Source: Eutreptiella sp. 'Long Island Sound 2002'
Lineage: Eukaryota; Protista; Euglenida
Direction of reading: 5' to 3'
Length of the DNA stretch: 64,000 nt
Assembly (NCBI GenBank): GCA_964036045.1
Contig: OZ038378.1
Location: forward strand, 180,730,001-180,794,000
The position numbers and the translations under genes were made by a program. Under the pieces are notes generated by a model. It was not told the DNA's origin. It was given only the letters and a program-made list of their open reading frames with translations, and did no database searches. Of the stretch, positions 1 to 12,700 are shown in pieces (within the stretch, counting starts at the first letter, position 1; the number at the start of each line of letters is the position of its first letter).

Positions 1-1371
1 ATGGCGCTCTAACCTCCTAGCAATAGTCCTACCAGGATGTGCACGGGTGGTACATGGCAAGGATTCAGCAACCTTTTGCTCATTGATGGTGTTGGCGTTT
101 GATTTGAAACAACTGGTGTCGCACCTGAATGCGTTGCATCAGTCCATGCACAAATTAATTGCACAAAATTTTGCATTCGCAGGCATGTCTGTCACCACCC
201 TTGCGAACTATGGGAACAGGTGTTTCGAATGCAACCAACGCGGCTCCCGAGCATGATATTGGTGGTGATGAGGTTGATATCGTCCTTTGTGTTGTCAACA
301 GCACACCACCACATTGTGTGATGAATGCAAGGAAAGCTATTGTGCTAGATGTATTGACCCACACTCTTCTGGGGACAAAATTGTCCATGAGGCATGATAA
401 ACGTCACATTTCTTGTGCAATTTGAATTGGCATATTAGGTGTTAGGTGTTGTGTTGGTCGCTCAAGAGGTTTGGATTTGGGGTTTGGGGTTGACTTAGTT
501 GGTAAGGTGGCAAATTTTGGGGCTTTGCGGCTTCTCTAGGGGATGGCAAATCTAGGAATAAGCTTACCAAAAAGTAGCGCGCCAAGCATGCATCAGGCAA
601 GTGTACCCCCCTTATACTTCCACACCCGTGGATTCAGGTACCGTATGCAAATGGGAACTGTTGTGCTGGTGCATGCAGAGGGTCAGGATGATGCCCAGGG
701 GCCCTCCAATGAACATTTGTGGGCACCATGGGGCAAACAAGAGAAACCCAAATGTCCCTCAGCCCACAAGCGTGACATTTGATTCCTAAACCCTTGTCTT
801 ATGTGGTTGCAGCAAAATTGGTACCAAATAAAATCAGGTCCCAAATTAATACAATCGCTATGCACTGTAGCTTGGACAAGACCGTAGCTTGCCCATAAAG
901 CGATGGAGGTCGTCACCCTCCGGAATCACTCCAGGAAACTCACACAGATCATTGTCATGAATACAGCGACGGAGGCGCCGCCAAAAATAGTCCAGACCGT
1001 AGCTTGCGCCTAAATCAGCGATGGTTGCTACCCTCCAGAATCACTCTGGCATCTCACACAGTACTTCAGCTCAATGTCAGCAAAGCCCTGTCAGGCGGGG
1101 CCACACATCTTTCAAACTGTTCAGCAGTGCGCCATCAAGCGCCGCCACCAATGGTGCTTGCTGCCCAGCAAGGCACTGTTAGGCACCCCCACCAGTTGAG
1201 TTCCAGGTCAGGTACCAGCCTTTAGGCCCGTCAGGATGTTCCCGCCGCCTCTTCCTCCTGCGTAGCTTGGCCCTTGATCAGCGATGGTAGCTACCCTTCA
1301 GAATCACTCTGGCAACTCATTCAATCCATGAAAGACAAACTAGACCGCATGCATCAATCAGAGTGACGTAA

Positions 1372-1973
1372 CCCCCCCCCCCCCCCTTGCGCAAGCACTG
1401 CCTTGTCTAAGCACATGAGCCCGTGTTACCGTCGTTTTGATGGAATTTTCTGACCACGGTTTTTATGGTCAGAAATGTAACATTATGCGATTGTGCTTCG
1501 CTTGTAGAGGGAAAGGGGGGCTTGATCATGCTTGTGGTATTTCCTCCTGCTCATACCAACATTCTGCTTGCAATTGCAACCCAATGATGTCCCTGTTGAT
1601 GTGATTTTCAGCCATGGCTCATGTTGCTACACCTGGTATGGGTGTTACCCAAAGGCTGCCCCAAAGGGCAAGCATGTGCAATTGTTCAAGATGAGGCGCA
1701 AGGTGGGAAAGGGCTTCTATTCCACAGCTCCTGATGGCCCTGATGGGCAGTGAGAACCTCCAGAACTCGCTGAAATTTGCCTGCACATTGTGTTGTAGTG
1801 CCCTGTTGCGAAAATTGTGCTTAGGGTGAGGTATGGGCAGATTTCCAGTGACATACGTTCTTTTGGTACCGCGCGTCGCGCGCAAGCATGGCCTTGTCTA
1901 AGCACATGAGCCCGTGTTACCGCCGTTTTGCTGACTTTCAGCGTGCTTGCGCAAGAGGGGGGGGGGGGGGGGG
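1372..1973. mobile_element. MITE with C-run/G-run termini and TIR TTGCGCAAGCAC; internal direct repeat of about 35 bp
   Basis: C(n)ttgcgcaagcac ... gtgcttgcgcaagaG(n); gccttgtctaagcacatgagcccgtgttaccg at about 1400 and about 1891. Confidence 0.65.
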
Positions 1974-2607
1974 TAGCGATCATCTTGAAGTATGATAAGC
2001 TGGGAACCCCTTTTTTCGGTGGGTGGGTCACAGTGTCATGGTCAAATGCTGGTTTGGGGGTTTGGGGGGGGGGGGGTTGGAAGGTCCAGGTCGTGCGAAG
2101 CGCTCTCACCCTTGAAAACACAGAATGTCTCCAAAAGCAGCCACGGTGTTGGTGTGTCATGCTGCTTGTCACACTGCGTCTAGTAGGCATAAACGATGTC
2201 AACGGTGGAGTCGGGGATGATGGCGAGCGGGGGGAGGGGGGGGTGAGCAACGGATACTCAGCTCGCATATACCCCCGTGACACAGGCATATGGTCATAGC
2301 CACAACTCACAGTACATTGTTTCGCCTTGCTGCACTGCAGCGCAAACCAGATCAGTGCCGAATGTTGCCTTGAGGTTGCCTTGAGGTTGCCTTGAGGTCG
2401 AGCGGGAGGGGGGGGGGGGGGGGATGCCACTTGGTCCTGTGGATTTCTTGCGTGCTAAATGTACCAAGGAAAATAGGCCGATGACAGAGAGTAGTGGATT
2501 GTTGGCCATGCAGGGCTGCGGCTAGATGTACAAGGGGGGGGGGGGGGATTTCAGGAGGGGATAAATTCACGGGCAAGCACCAACGGTCCCCAAGAAAATT
2601 TTGGCTC

Positions 2608-3052
2608 GCTGCGGCATGTTGCGGCACGCTGCGGCATGCTGCGGCATGCTGCGGCATGCTTCAAGCTGTTGGTTAAGGGTACCATCATTTTCCAAAAGCA
2701 GCACAGGTTTGTGATGCCTATCCGCAGGACTTGACATGTCAAAACAACACCAAAAAAGCGAAGATCTGTGCAACAATAGAGACAGGCAAAAATTCGCCCT
2801 TTCCGGGAATGGAATCTGGGACCCTCCAAACAGGGGCCTGGTACATAGACCACTGAGCTACCATCCAGTTCTGAGACATCTGTGCAACAAAGGGTTCACA
2901 GGTTTGACATGTTATGAAAAAAAAAGTCCGCCATGGGAAAATTTTGGCTTGCTGCGGCATGCCGCGGCATGCTGCGGCATGCTTCAAAACCCCCACCAAC
3001 AGCTCCCAGAACCTGGCGCTGCGGCATGCTGCGGCATGCTGCGGCATGCTGC
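2608..3052 (+). repeat. Three short arrays of the decamer GCTGCGGCAT
   Basis: At about 2608-2662, 2951-2984 and 3019-3052; the first two share the flank gaaaattttggct. Confidence 0.85.
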
Positions 3053-5427
3053 TGCCGTTGGTGCTTGTTCACGGGGAAAATTTCGCGGTGAAGAAAAGTG
3101 GCGAAGTTTTCCCCCCGGCAAAATTTTCGCGGCGTGTGACCAACAACTTCACTGCGAATTCAGATGCACGTGAGTACTGTGAATTCATACATGTGCAGCG
3201 GTGGTACCAGGCGGAGGGAAGGAACAAAGATGTGCTTATTTCAAACATGAAGTGACAAAACCCATCCATGCCTTGCAGACCATCGTCCATTGCCACAAGT
3301 TTGCAAAGAGGTGCTCCAACCTTGCTCGATAGAAGCCGTGCACATTATTAAATTCTTGTTGGGCTTCACCAGTGTACTTAGGATTGAAATCAAACAAAGA
3401 TCCACCAACCAAGTATATGGGCATGCTATGAGTGTTAGTGGGTTACAAAATAGGAGAATAAGGCAACAATCTTTCAGACCACTAACTCCAAAGCGGAGAG
3501 AAATGAATGCGCTCGTCATCACATGATTCCCCATGATCATAGTCCATAGTCCAATCTCCACCCACAAAAGAGCAGAAAGGGTGAAGAAGCAATGTGCACA
3601 TTGCTTGAGCCGAACCCCAATCCTTGACCAAACACCCTTTCTACAACCCTTTTCACACAAATTCCAATGCAATGCATGTCATGAGACACTTACTCTTTCC
3701 GTTCAATCAGGATTCTTCTTTGCATTTACAGTCCAACCCTATCCCTCTCACTTTACGACTGTCCAAGGGAGTGCCGTTGCCGCAGTGCGAGTGTAGTGAA
3801 GTTTTTTATGTTGGCAACTAGTCAACCCTGGTTTTGACCCTTTCCTACAAGTCACATGGGTTTTTAGGGCGCAAAATGAGTTTGTTTCCATTGAACAAAA
3901 TCGCAAACTACGCAATCTATGTACATGATACAGAGTATAAGCCATCCCCTTCCTGGGTGGTCTGACCTGTATATACTACTTACATTCCATGCTCAAAGAA
4001 TGCCACCCCTCCGCGGCCAAACGCTAGAATTCCAAAAATTCTAGCGTACTTGCTGTGGTTCAGGATTCACGTCGAAGTAGGTACTGGGTAACGGAGTGTA
4101 TTGAATGATGGGTGGTGAGTGAGGTCAATAGGCACCAGGGGGTAGGGCAGACACTCCTGAGATGGGAGAATGCCTCGGCTACAAATCAAACTGCCCACCT
4201 CTTGTTCCTGCAGTCTGAAGATTGATCGTTGCACGTTGACCCATCGTGATGCAGCTTCCACGCCCTTTACACCATCATTTACGGAATGGAGGTCATTGAT
4301 TTGCAATTTGCATTTCACTTCACAGGGTGATGCATTGCTTCACTGGTGCTACGAGGAGGGCCGAACCAGGCCCTGTCATACTGCAATGGTGACAATCAAT
4401 GGGGCGGGCAGGGGGGGGATAAAAACTGGGTTGCACAGAGGAGGGAGGAGGTTGCAAAGAGATGTGTGTCAATATTATCAAAGCAATCGACCATGAATGC
4501 CACGCTACCACGCAATAGCAAACACATGTTTGTATAAGGATTGTCCGGACCACCCTACATACGCGTCACCGTGTTCACTTCAAAATGTGCGGTGACGGTA
4601 CGCCTATCAAAGGCAAGTCTCAGAGCGTCTGCAGATTGTTGGCGAAGGGGAGGGGGAGCAAATCGGGAGCTTGTGCACTCGGTCCTTGAGTTCGTTACGA
4701 CATTGCAGGCCGAATCAATTCACCAAAATGGTCAACAGATTGTGCCATAGGCTGCCTCTTTTGGACCTCTCCCTTCGAGGGACCTCCGACGGCTGGACTC
4801 AGAGCCTCAGGTTTGAACCCCAGCCCCGAAACATTCGTTGAGACAAGCCACACACCTCTTCTGATTCGTCAGACTGCAATGCCCCCCTCTGAGCCAGGGT
4901 TCGAGCCCTGCCAAGCCCCATAAACCGCAGTCCGCAAGCTGGCCAAGTGGTCAGTATGCTTGCTGCATGTCTTGGATTTCTGACTTCGATTCCCAGGGAG
5001 GGAGCAGTTGTACCACGGCGCATCTTTCACAAAGGCCGGGAAGTCCCACGGATGCCCTGGCTGAGGGTAAGAATCATCGCATGGTTATGCAGAGCCTGAA
5101 TACCCCCAGGCCCACCACCACTCCCACCAATACCCGATACCCCCCAGTTAGAATTGCCGGTGGCCCAGCAACCCGAGTACGTGCGCCGTGCGCACCTTTT
5201 GAGGATCCCAGGAACACCCACATCATTTCCCAGTACTATTTTACACCATTTCACACCTCCCGATATGCCCCAGTTGCCCCCAGTTGCCCTACCAGTTGCA
5301 CCCGCATCAAGTGCTCCCCCCATGACTGCAGGCAACCGGCCCATTTGCTGCTACGGCGCAGCAGGCCGCCTTGCTCCCGCTGTGCTGCTGACCCCCCATC
5401 ACAAGCCCAGCCCCAATGCCGCAGCCC

Positions 5428-6270
5428 TCACCATTCGTCCTCAGCGCTCTGGGCAGCGCTGCGCTTCGTCATCAGATCCATTTTCAGCTCCTCAAACTCC
5501 TCCATCGCGCGCGCCCGCATCGATTTCGCCCCAAAGCGCGTCCCGAACTGCCGCTTCAGCGTCACGATCTCGTCGAACTCGATGTCCGCCCTCCGTGCCT
5601 CCAAAGCCTCGCGATGGGTCTGCGCCCACCCCTGGACTCGGGCCCAGCACGCATCCCACTCTTGCCATTGCTCGTCCACTTTCTTCACCCAAAACTGCTT
5701 CTCGTCCTCGTCGCAAAGGAACAGCAGATCAGTTTGCCCGACCAGAGCCAGCGCCACCGCCCGTTCAAAGAGGCTCAACACAGCCCATTTGTGCAGCACC
5801 TGCTCGAACATCTGCGCATCGTCAGTGGTGCGGAACGTGGCGGATAAGACCCACCACTCTTGAATCTGCAGGTATTGCACGCGCTCGGCCTCCCGACGGT
5901 CCGGGACCTCGTGCCCCTCCGGGGCCTTTGTCTGGGAACTCCAGCTGGACTGCGACCTTGCGGCACCCCAAGCCCCTTCCGGTGTGAAAGGTTTGGCGTC
6001 AGTGTTGAGGTTCTTGCACGCCTGAAGGTATGCCGCCTGCACCTGCTTGAACACCGTTTCATCCCCGCCATTGATATCCGGGTGGTACATTTTTGCCAGG
6101 CGGTAATACTGCTCCTTGATCTGGTCAGGGTTGCTGCCAGCAGACAAGCCCAAGACCCTCAGTGGGTCCTTGGAAGTAAAATCAGGAATACCTGCTGTGC
6201 TGGCCAGTCTGCAGGCCGATGACCACAACGTCAGGCGTGAGGGAGTGATGGTGCGGCATCTCCACAACAT
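5428..6270 (-). CDS. Intronless DnaJ (J-domain) protein, 280 aa, with a probable mitochondrial presequence
   Basis: DPLRVLGL...IKEQYYRLAKMYHPD (HPD motif); R/S/L-rich N-terminus lacking acidic residues; helical, coiled-coil-like C-terminus. Confidence 0.9.
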   Translation of the reverse strand: MLWRCRTITPSRLTLWSSACRLASTAGIPDFTSKDPLRVLGLSAGSNPDQIKEQYYRLAKMYHPDINGGDETVFKQVQAAYLQACKNLNTDAKPFTPEGAWGAARSQSSWSSQTKAPEGHEVPDRREAERVQYLQIQEWWVLSATFRTTDDAQMFEQVLHKWAVLSLFERAVALALVGQTDLLFLCDEDEKQFWVKKVDEQWQEWDACWARVQGWAQTHREALEARRADIEFDEIVTLKRQFGTRFGAKSMRARAMEEFEELKMDLMTKRSAAQSAEDEW

Positions 6271-6280
6271 TACAGAGGGT

Positions 6281-6312
6281 CTATGAAAGACATAAACAGG
6301 CAGAAAGAGCTA
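6281..6312 (-). promoter_or_regulatory. Pyrimidine tract plus AG 10 nt upstream of the DnaJ ATG (candidate trans-/cis-splice acceptor)
   Basis: Minus strand reads ctctttctgcctgtttatgtctttcatag|accctctgtaATG. Confidence 0.45.
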
Positions 6313-6539
6313 TCCATTCCAGGGATCCGTGTGACAATTGCATCAAGGAGTCAAACACAGGCGCCCTGTTCGAATCTGTGACCCCCAGCACCCCACCCTA
6401 ACTTCTGTGGGCTGATGGGGTGCCATCATTATTCACTCTGCGACAGTTTGTTGGTGCTTGATCGATTGTGCACAGACAGCTTTCTGCTGGCACCGCACCA
6501 TGGTCCTCCGTCTCTGCTACAGCACTGTTACTGGATATT

Positions 6540-7231
6540 GGGGGAACGTTAGCGCGCTGGGCGCGCGCCGGGCGCGCGCCGGGCATCTTTTTGGACCCGT
6601 GCCCCACCGGTGACCTTTTAGGGGGTGCGCTATGGGGGCGCACTTAGGGGGCGCCTCAAGCGCAGTGCGCGCGCAGTGCAACTATTTGGGCGTCTGGCAG
6701 TACTAGAGACCCATACTTTGAGATACTAGGGGCCCCTAGGGGCATCATGGTGACCCCTAGCGGAGGTTTTGAGTTCTGATTTTGTCCCCCTTTGTTTTTG
6801 CATCCGGAGGCAAGTCCGTCACCCCCCCTACAGACCATGGGAGCATGTCCCGCCTCACGTTTGGACTGACCAAAGCAACTCGGCCGCCACGCAAGATGAG
6901 GCAGAGGATGAGGCGGAAGTGTGTGTTTTGTGTTGCCAAAGGCGCTCCACCGTCGCAGTTTGTGATGAGTGTAAGGAGCACTATTGTAATGAATGTATTG
7001 ACACCCACACTTGTGGGACCAATGTTGTTTGTTAATTACACTACAAATGACAGTTGGAGTGGTTGAAGTCACAGATATTGCTTTATTTTGCCACGTGCTT
7101 TGTAGGGAAGGTGTGCAGTGCAATGTGGTCTACTTGGGGGGCTTCTCCATGGGAGGGTAAATCTGGGGCTGAAGTCGGGATAGTTAATACAAAAGTAGCG
7201 CACCGGGCGCACGCCGGGCAAACATTCCCCC
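6540..7231 (+). mobile_element. MITE (about 690 bp), TIR GGGGGAA(C/T)GTT, 3-bp TSD ATT
   Basis: att|gggggaacgtt ... aacattccccc|att; subterminal gcgcgccgggc repeats. Confidence 0.75.
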
Positions 7232-9157
7232 ATTGGTCAAGTAGTTTCCAACCAAATCAGGTCCATCAGATCTATTGTAACGAGTGTGAGCTCTGAGATT
7301 TTTGTACGAGAATCAACTATTTCCGTGTTTGATCTGGTGCATTGTGGCTGCGAACATTGATTCCGTTTGCTGCCATTTTGTGGCCGTTAATTGGGATACC
7401 TGAGTAAATTGATTGATGCGACGCATTACCGATAAGGATGCTTCATTTCATTTGCTATTGTTTTGGCAGCTGCCCGATGTGTAGTAATGAAAACATGGTG
7501 GCTAATTGCAAGATACGCTACTGATGGATCGCCACTGATCAGCAGGACTTTGCTACATGTATGGATCATACTCCTCTTCCTCCAGATCAATGCGCGTGAG
7601 CTTCACCATGACCTCCAGCAGTACCTTCATCACCCGAAGGAAAACCACCCCCTTCCGACGCTCAATTCAGGGTGAGCAGTACCCAAGCCCACAACAACCT
7701 AGCAGTCCTCTGTTGTGCAAACCGGCCTTTGTGGAGAGGCGCACACAAGTCATTGCCTACGTGTGGGGCTGTGTCATCGAACCCTGTTTATGGCAGTATC
7801 TTATTTGATACCAAGCGAAGTTTGTCCTGTGGGTAGGGTGTTTCCCCTGATGGGTTGTGGTCTCTCTTTGCAGTTGCGAACAGTTTCTTCTTTGCTCCAC
7901 TTGTGGTTTTTCTTTCCCCATCCTTGTCCACCTTGAAGACTGCAACAACTGTTCCTTCATCAGTTTTGGCGCAATCATCATTCAAACTGCAACTGTTCGT
8001 GTGTTCGAAAGGATATGCTATCAGTTTTGGGGAGGGGGGGGGGGGGAGGCAGGGGCGGGAAGGGGTAGACATCCCTGGAGGCCCTGCTTCCGAGAACTCA
8101 TCTGTCCGTCTGTTGCATGGGGTGGAGGGTTCACACGCCATGGCTGTCCCACTTCCCCCCGGAACAGCTCCCTGCCACTCAGTGGCCGTCTCTCGCTCCC
8201 CTTCCACGGCCTTTGCAGCTGCCTGTTCAATTGCAGCGGGTCTGGCTGATCCAGCATGACACTATCCTCACCCCCAAACGAGGACTCAGAGGATGGGTCC
8301 ATGGAGGTGTCAGCGACTATGGGAGGGGGGGGTGGGGGGATGTAATGTCCCTTCTATGGTCTGTTTTTGGGCTTTGTGGGTCCAGCCCGTCGTCTCCACG
8401 CATCTGCCGGCCACAGTTCCTTGGTGTTGATAGGTACCTCTTCGTGGTCGGCATCCAGTGATCCTGTAAATCCACGGGTAGGGGCAGGGCCCGATATAAG
8501 TTCATCTTGCCGGAGGTGGACCCCTGAGCCCTCTTTCCAGACCATCCCCCCTCTTATTGGGCTTGCAGGTCTGGGGGTCACACAAGACCACGGGGGGCTT
8601 GCCGGGCTAGGGCCTAGGGTAAAAACGTATTTTCACACCATTTGTCTATACTCAAGATACTCACAATTTCATGAAGAATCTAATAATGGATGAAAATCAT
8701 GAAAAAAACATTGTCCCCCCTCCCCCTACCCATCCTGTAGCCCCAGCCCGTCGACTGGGACCCCCATCTGGGTGACTAACTGCTGCTGCTGCTGCTGCAA
8801 TTGGCACCAGAGCCATTATTGGCTGCAATATCAACAATGGATGGGACAACACACATGACACAACACACGTGCACTGTGGCACACCCATCCCCAGCAAAAA
8901 GGCACAACACAGACACACCTTTCCAAGGGGGGGGGGGGGGTTCTGCTTCTCAGTGATTCTGTCCTCTGTGTCCTATTCTGTGCTTTGCCCCTACCAACTC
9001 CTTTAGAAAGCCAAAGCAGGTGGGACCGCCGGCGAGGGAGGGAACGAGAGGCTCGTAGGGGGGCCTAATTTTTAGTTAGGATAATGTACCCCTCAGCCCC
9101 GCTCTCCTTGACTCTTTGGTGCACGAGCGTCCGCCCACGCCCCCCACACCCGGCAAA

Positions 9158-9799
9158 AGGGGAATGTTTGCCCGGCGCGTGCCCGGCGCGCTACCTTTCT
9201 ATTAACTATCCCGACTTCAGCCCGAGATTTACCCTTTGATGGAGAAGGCCCCCCAAATAGACCATGATGGATTGCGCACCTTCCCTACAAAGCACGTTGC
9301 ATAATTAGGCAATAGCTGTGAATTCGACAACTCCAAATGTCATTTGTATTGTACTTAACAAACGGTACTTTGCCTTTACCTTTCCCATAGATTTCGCTAT
9401 GGTAATGAGTCCCCAAGCTACAAGCGGTTTGGACGGCGTTTCTGCCTCACGTCACAAGAACGAAGCGCAAACTCAGTATTCACTATATCACCCCTGCCTT
9501 CTCGGGGTCCCCATGGTGGGGAGAAATCAACCTAGTAAGGAGTGGATGTGGTGGCAACGAGCAAAAAATGGAAGAAAATTGGTGAAACTGGGTGAGAATA
9601 CAAATATACCATATTCCGAATGTGAAGAAAGCATCAAAATACCCGTTGTCAAACAACAATAATGCCGATAGTATGACAAAGTATGGGGTTCTAGGACGGC
9701 TAGACGTCCAAATAGTTGCAGTGCACCCCTAAAAGGTCACTGGTGGGGCACGGGTCAAAAAAGATGCCCGGCGCGCGCCCAGCGCGCTAACGCTCCCCC
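9158..9799 (-). mobile_element. Second, inverted copy of the same MITE family, TSD AAA
   Basis: Its reverse complement matches 6540-6730 and 7040-7231. Confidence 0.75.
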
Positions 9800-12700
9800 A
9801 AAGAACCTTGCTCCCCACCCAGGCACTAGCCCTGCACACAATGTCGTTTAACCAACAGAACAAAAATGCTAGGTGGAAAATAGCAGGAGCACCTGCAAAA
9901 AATTGTTTTCTGGCAAAAGGGACACTGCTGCGGGACCTCATTTCATTGAAAAAAAAGAGGGGAAGAGTAAAGAGCAGGGGCAGGGGGGTAGACAGTGGGC
10001 GGTAAACACTAGACAAACTGGTAGACACTAGACACAACGGGTTCCCCACACTGAAGGGAGGGACCCAAATTGAAATATGCAGCAAGTGCACATGCACATA
10101 TGCACACATGTTATTGAGACTAGGAAGCTTGCTTCCTCCATCAACAGATCATTGCCCAAATTCCATGACAAGACTCGGCCTGGTACGCCAAAATCAGCTC
10201 GCGTTCTTTAGAGCTTTATCATTCTACCGTCAGTAGCAACGATGGGCCGTGTGTATAACTGCAGGGACATAATCGGTGCAACCTAATGATGTGCACGGAC
10301 CAGGCATTCTTTGTTCATGATGGATAGTTGCAAGCATTGATCCCAAACACGCATGGGGAGCTGCAAATGCGTCACAGGTCACACAAAAGGGGCTATGGAC
10401 TTTCGAGCCCCTTTCCCGAAGCCCCCCCCCCTCCTAATTTTTGGGGCCTCAAAGGGTCCCCCCCCCCCCCCAACGCCCACTTCAATTTACACCCAGCCCA
10501 GGGAGATGGAGGTCTGGAAGGTCCATTTTGGCGGTTGCTTGGCATAGTGGCGTGCTTGCTTGCTTCTTGTCTAGCTTCAGGCCAGCTCGTGCAACGAAAG
10601 TCGGGACTGCCCCATCAGGCACCTCCTCCGCTGACATGCCTTCCAACAGCTCGATTGTTCACTGCTGAACTTGGTACACCTTGTCGTTCTTCATGTATGC
10701 CACAAATGCGACAGTTGTGTTTTTTTTGTTGTTTAGGTGCTACTAAACAACAGTAAATTTGGGGCTTTCAGGGGCCATGGCACGGGCTACATGGGCCTAG
10801 CAGCCACTATGTCAGTCCCCATGGGTGCTAGAGTACCCGTATTGTCACCAAATGATCATCCAAACCCATCCCAGAGGCAACAGAAAGGTTTCGGAAAAAA
10901 TCTAAAATTCGAAAATTTTAAAGTGCCACTGAACATAAACAACAGCAATTTCGGGGCTTTCGGGAGGCCCATGGCCCGGGCTACATGGGCCTCGCGGCCA
11001 CTTCATGGGTTGACAGGTTGTCAGAATATGTGGACTATCAACCTTTTCAAACAGCACCGGAGTAAATTTCTATGACCACAGCCCCAAAGATAGACCAACA
11101 GATAACATGTACAATGCAGCCGCCATGGCGATTAGGGTGAAATGGGGTAACAGCTCACCAACAAAGCACCTGAGGGGGCAACAACCAAGCAAAAAAAAAA
11201 AAGGAAACTATCTAAATAACAAAACATGCACGGTGCATCCTGCTCCCCCTTATGGCTTGTTGCCAACAACACTGACAAAGTTGGTCACCAGGCATGAAAG
11301 CAAAGATCACTTCAATGCTGCTTTGATTCACCCAGGGGCTATGGAATGTTGCATGGGTATGGATTGAGGTTCAGAAATGCTTAGCTCCATTCCAATTTAG
11401 ATCCTGTAGGGAGGGGTAGGGGATCTATGGTACCTCAACATGTAGGACCCAAAACCCCAAAAAAAATCCCAAGGACCCATCCCATTCCCATGTCATCATT
11501 AAAGCCAGGTTCCCATCTAAGCAAATCTAAAACTGATGACGATGGAGGATGTTGCAAATATGAAATGACAGGCCCCACCCCCTGCCACCAGATATTGCAT
11601 TGCAAAACTGCACCACCATGTCAATCACCACAAATGCAAGAAATGCACCTGGTCAATGGCAAACTCACTGTGCATCTGCCAATGTCCACGGGCATAGCAC
11701 TTCTTGTGGAACTACACCACTGTACGTTGTTGAACATGCTCCGTGGGCATTACCAGTGCAGTTTGAGGGTTAGATGGAGGGGACGTATAAAGAAGCTTGT
11801 GCATGCTGTTTTGCGGTCTTGATGGGGATAGTACTGTCAGACTGCAAAATTTGGTACACATCAGATTCGCATAATTGAGGAAGAAAATGCGACCATCGAT
11901 GCCCATTGTGACCACGTGCTATCACTGTGCCCGTCGCCGGCACACAGGGCAAACACTCCCTCAGAGGCACACAAACAAGATGGTGCAGTAGTACCGGTGT
12001 GCAAGTCTCCAAAATACTAGTGTCTCTCTGTCCCTGTTCTGCGCACAGAAGCAGGCGATAGTTGTGCTGTAATCAACCCTTCCCCTTAAATTACCCCCCC
12101 ACACACACATGTGACGGTGCCCGTTTTTTGCCTTCAAACCTCTTGCCTGAGGCTGTAGGGCCCGACCCCCACCTCCCCACTTCCAAAATGCTGGCCTGCG
12201 GGATACTTCACATAGATATGCCACATATGGGTCAGTGCTCAAAGGTTAGTGTGACCCGCTCCTGCCAACGTTGCACTGCATGCGCTTGGCGCCCCTGCCT
12301 TTTGGGGCTTGCGTATGGGGCTGCTTTATGGGCTGCAGGTGCAGGGACAGTCTTAGAGATTGACGTTGGAGCCAAAACTGCAGTCAAAATGAGCAATGTC
12401 CCTTGTGAGATGAAGCTTGCCACTGACCACCTGCTCGCCACTTGTGAAGAGCATTTCAGTGGCAGCCATCTCGGGAGTGAAAAGACGTTGGGTCATGACA
12501 GAACAGTGAAGACCGGCCATCGGAAATGGGATCGCTTGGGGAAGGCAACACGGAAAAAGCGACAAAGAACATGGCCAGACGTGCACCAACCACGACAGCC
12601 ACTGAGAACATTGACCACTCCTTCGGCCTGCAGCTCACAAATACACCGCACCTTCTGATCACTCCGACCGCAGAGCCATGGCCAGCAAGAACGGAGGCCT

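Noticed and set aside
1-1300. Possible decayed retroelement or transposon coding sequence (also 3200-4600 and 10700-14300)
   Set aside because: All frames are interrupted and no diagnostic motif was recognised.
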